Origin: a virus
Taxonomy: Duplodnaviria; Caudoviricetes
DNA: 27,363 nt
Virus record (IMG/VR): IMGVR_UViG_3300033067_002359
Span: 1 to 27,363 of that record
Direction: 5' to 3' (one strand)
The position numbers were made by a program, and so were the translations under genes. This document shows, piece after piece, positions 26,527 through 27,363 of the stretch (position 1 is the stretch's first letter; each line of letters begins with the position of its first letter). The notes under the pieces are model-generated. The model saw nothing but the letters and a program-made list of their open reading frames with translations, had not been told where the DNA came from and made no database searches.

Positions 26527-27078
26527 ATGGATTACGATTTTCCGGAATGCGAAAAACTGACTGGAAGGCGGAAGGCCATTTGTCGCGGGGAAGGTGGACT
26601 GCCGATTGAAGGCAGGCACGGCGTGAACGAATACAGAAGATCTTGGGGGATTGCTCCGTATCCATTTCCAGAACCAATCTCTGTTCCGGCACTTGACGTC
26701 AAGAAGCCAATCTTGAGGGCTGTGAAGGAACGCCTTGTTGGAAACGTCCCGGATCCAGTTATGGGCCGGTACGCTGGCACAAACCTGGCGTTACTGCTCA
26801 AGCGGTTTGGCATTGAGGTGCGAACCGGATGCAACTGCGAAGAGTGGATCGACAAGATGAATCGCTGGACTCCCGTCGAGAATTACCAGCATCGAAAAGA
26901 GATCATTGATCGCCTCAAAGAACAGGCAGACGAACTGAATCGCCTTGGCCAACTTGGCGTTTTGGCGAAAGTCAAGATCGGTTTTTTGATGCTTCGAAAC
27001 TTCAATCTTCCGACGATTTCCGAGCTTGTCGACGAGGCTATTTATCAGGCCCGGCAACATTCTCTCAAAACCAGTTGA
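26527..27078 (+). CDS. Conserved phage protein with a GCNC...MNxW motif
   Basis: GAAGGA RBS before ATG 26527; 'GTNLALLLKRFGI...GCNCEEWIDKMNRW'. Confidence 0.7.
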   Translation: MDYDFPECEKLTGRRKAICRGEGGLPIEGRHGVNEYRRSWGIAPYPFPEPISVPALDVKKPILRAVKERLVGNVPDPVMGRYAGTNLALLLKRFGIEVRTGCNCEEWIDKMNRWTPVENYQHRKEIIDRLKEQADELNRLGQLGVLAKVKIGFLMLRNFNLPTISELVDEAIYQARQHSLKTS

Positions 27079-27150
27079 ACCAAGATTGAGGTTGTGTCGT
27101 TCACCCCTTCGGAGTGATGTCGCTGGTGCACCAGGGAGTGAAGAGACCCA

Positions 27151-27180
27151 GACCCTTGGTTAATTTTGGCCAGGGGTCTG
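27151..27180 (+). repeat. 30-bp near-palindromic element, copy 3
   Basis: GACCCTTGGTTAATTTTGGCCAGGGGTCTG; 28/30 identical to each of copies 1 and 2. Confidence 0.9.
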
Positions 27181-27195
27181 TCAGGGGCCTTATAT

Positions 27196-27363
27196 ATGAA
27201 GTGGTCTGTCGGCGTAACTACAGTTCCAGAAAGACGATGCGAGATGCTGCCTCGCACGATCGAGTCAATGCGTCGTGCTGGGTTTAACGAGTTTCGCCTG
27301 TTTGTGGATGGGTGTCACAGTCTGAATAACTGGGAGTTCTTTGGTGCTCCCGTGACATGCCGA
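27196..27363 (+). CDS. Partial CDS running off the window; glycosyltransferase (GT-A/GT2)-like N-terminus
   Basis: Not in the ORF track. MKWSVGVTTVPERRCEMLPRTIESMRRAGFNEFRLFVDG follows the GT2 start pattern (strand-R-L..TL.SL-strand-DG). Confidence 0.5.
   Translation, partial: MKWSVGVTTVPERRCEMLPRTIESMRRAGFNEFRLFVDGCHSLNNWEFFGAPVTCR

Noticed and set aside
5243-27180. 30-bp repeats as a CRISPR array or transposon ends
   Set aside because: Copies are kilobases apart with no spacer periodicity; no cas or transposase gene in the window.
1-27363. tRNA, rRNA, integrase, lysis genes, reverse transcriptase/DGR
   Set aside because: None recognised by eye; a tRNAscan or Rfam run would be needed to exclude small RNA genes.

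Overview
This window is a gene-dense segment of a tailed dsDNA phage or prophage. The host is plausibly a planctomycete, inferred from a DUF1580-like HTH gene, a csrA-like gene and Cys-rich tail proteins. Layout: accessory/early genes on + (CsrA-like fusion, YfdP/YfdQ-like pair, vWA protein; 39-4255); a four-gene minus-strand block (4245-5498); then a long + morphogenesis operon (scaffold, major capsid, decoration, TerS, TerL, portal, neck, tail tube, tail tip, Cys-rich proteins, partial glycosyltransferase). The standout is a 332-aa intein (9595-10590) inserted in the TerL Walker A motif. Its central region has no recognisable in-frame endonuclease. Instead, the opposite strand carries an intact HTH-HTH-HNH endonuclease gene with its own RBS (9794-10474), and both frames stay open. 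Other highlights: a 30-bp near-palindromic element in three co-oriented copies, no classical tape measure gene (an acidic Pro-rich protein sits in its place), and a secreted-protein moron on the minus strand. All product calls come from motif recognition and synteny by eye; no database searches were run.
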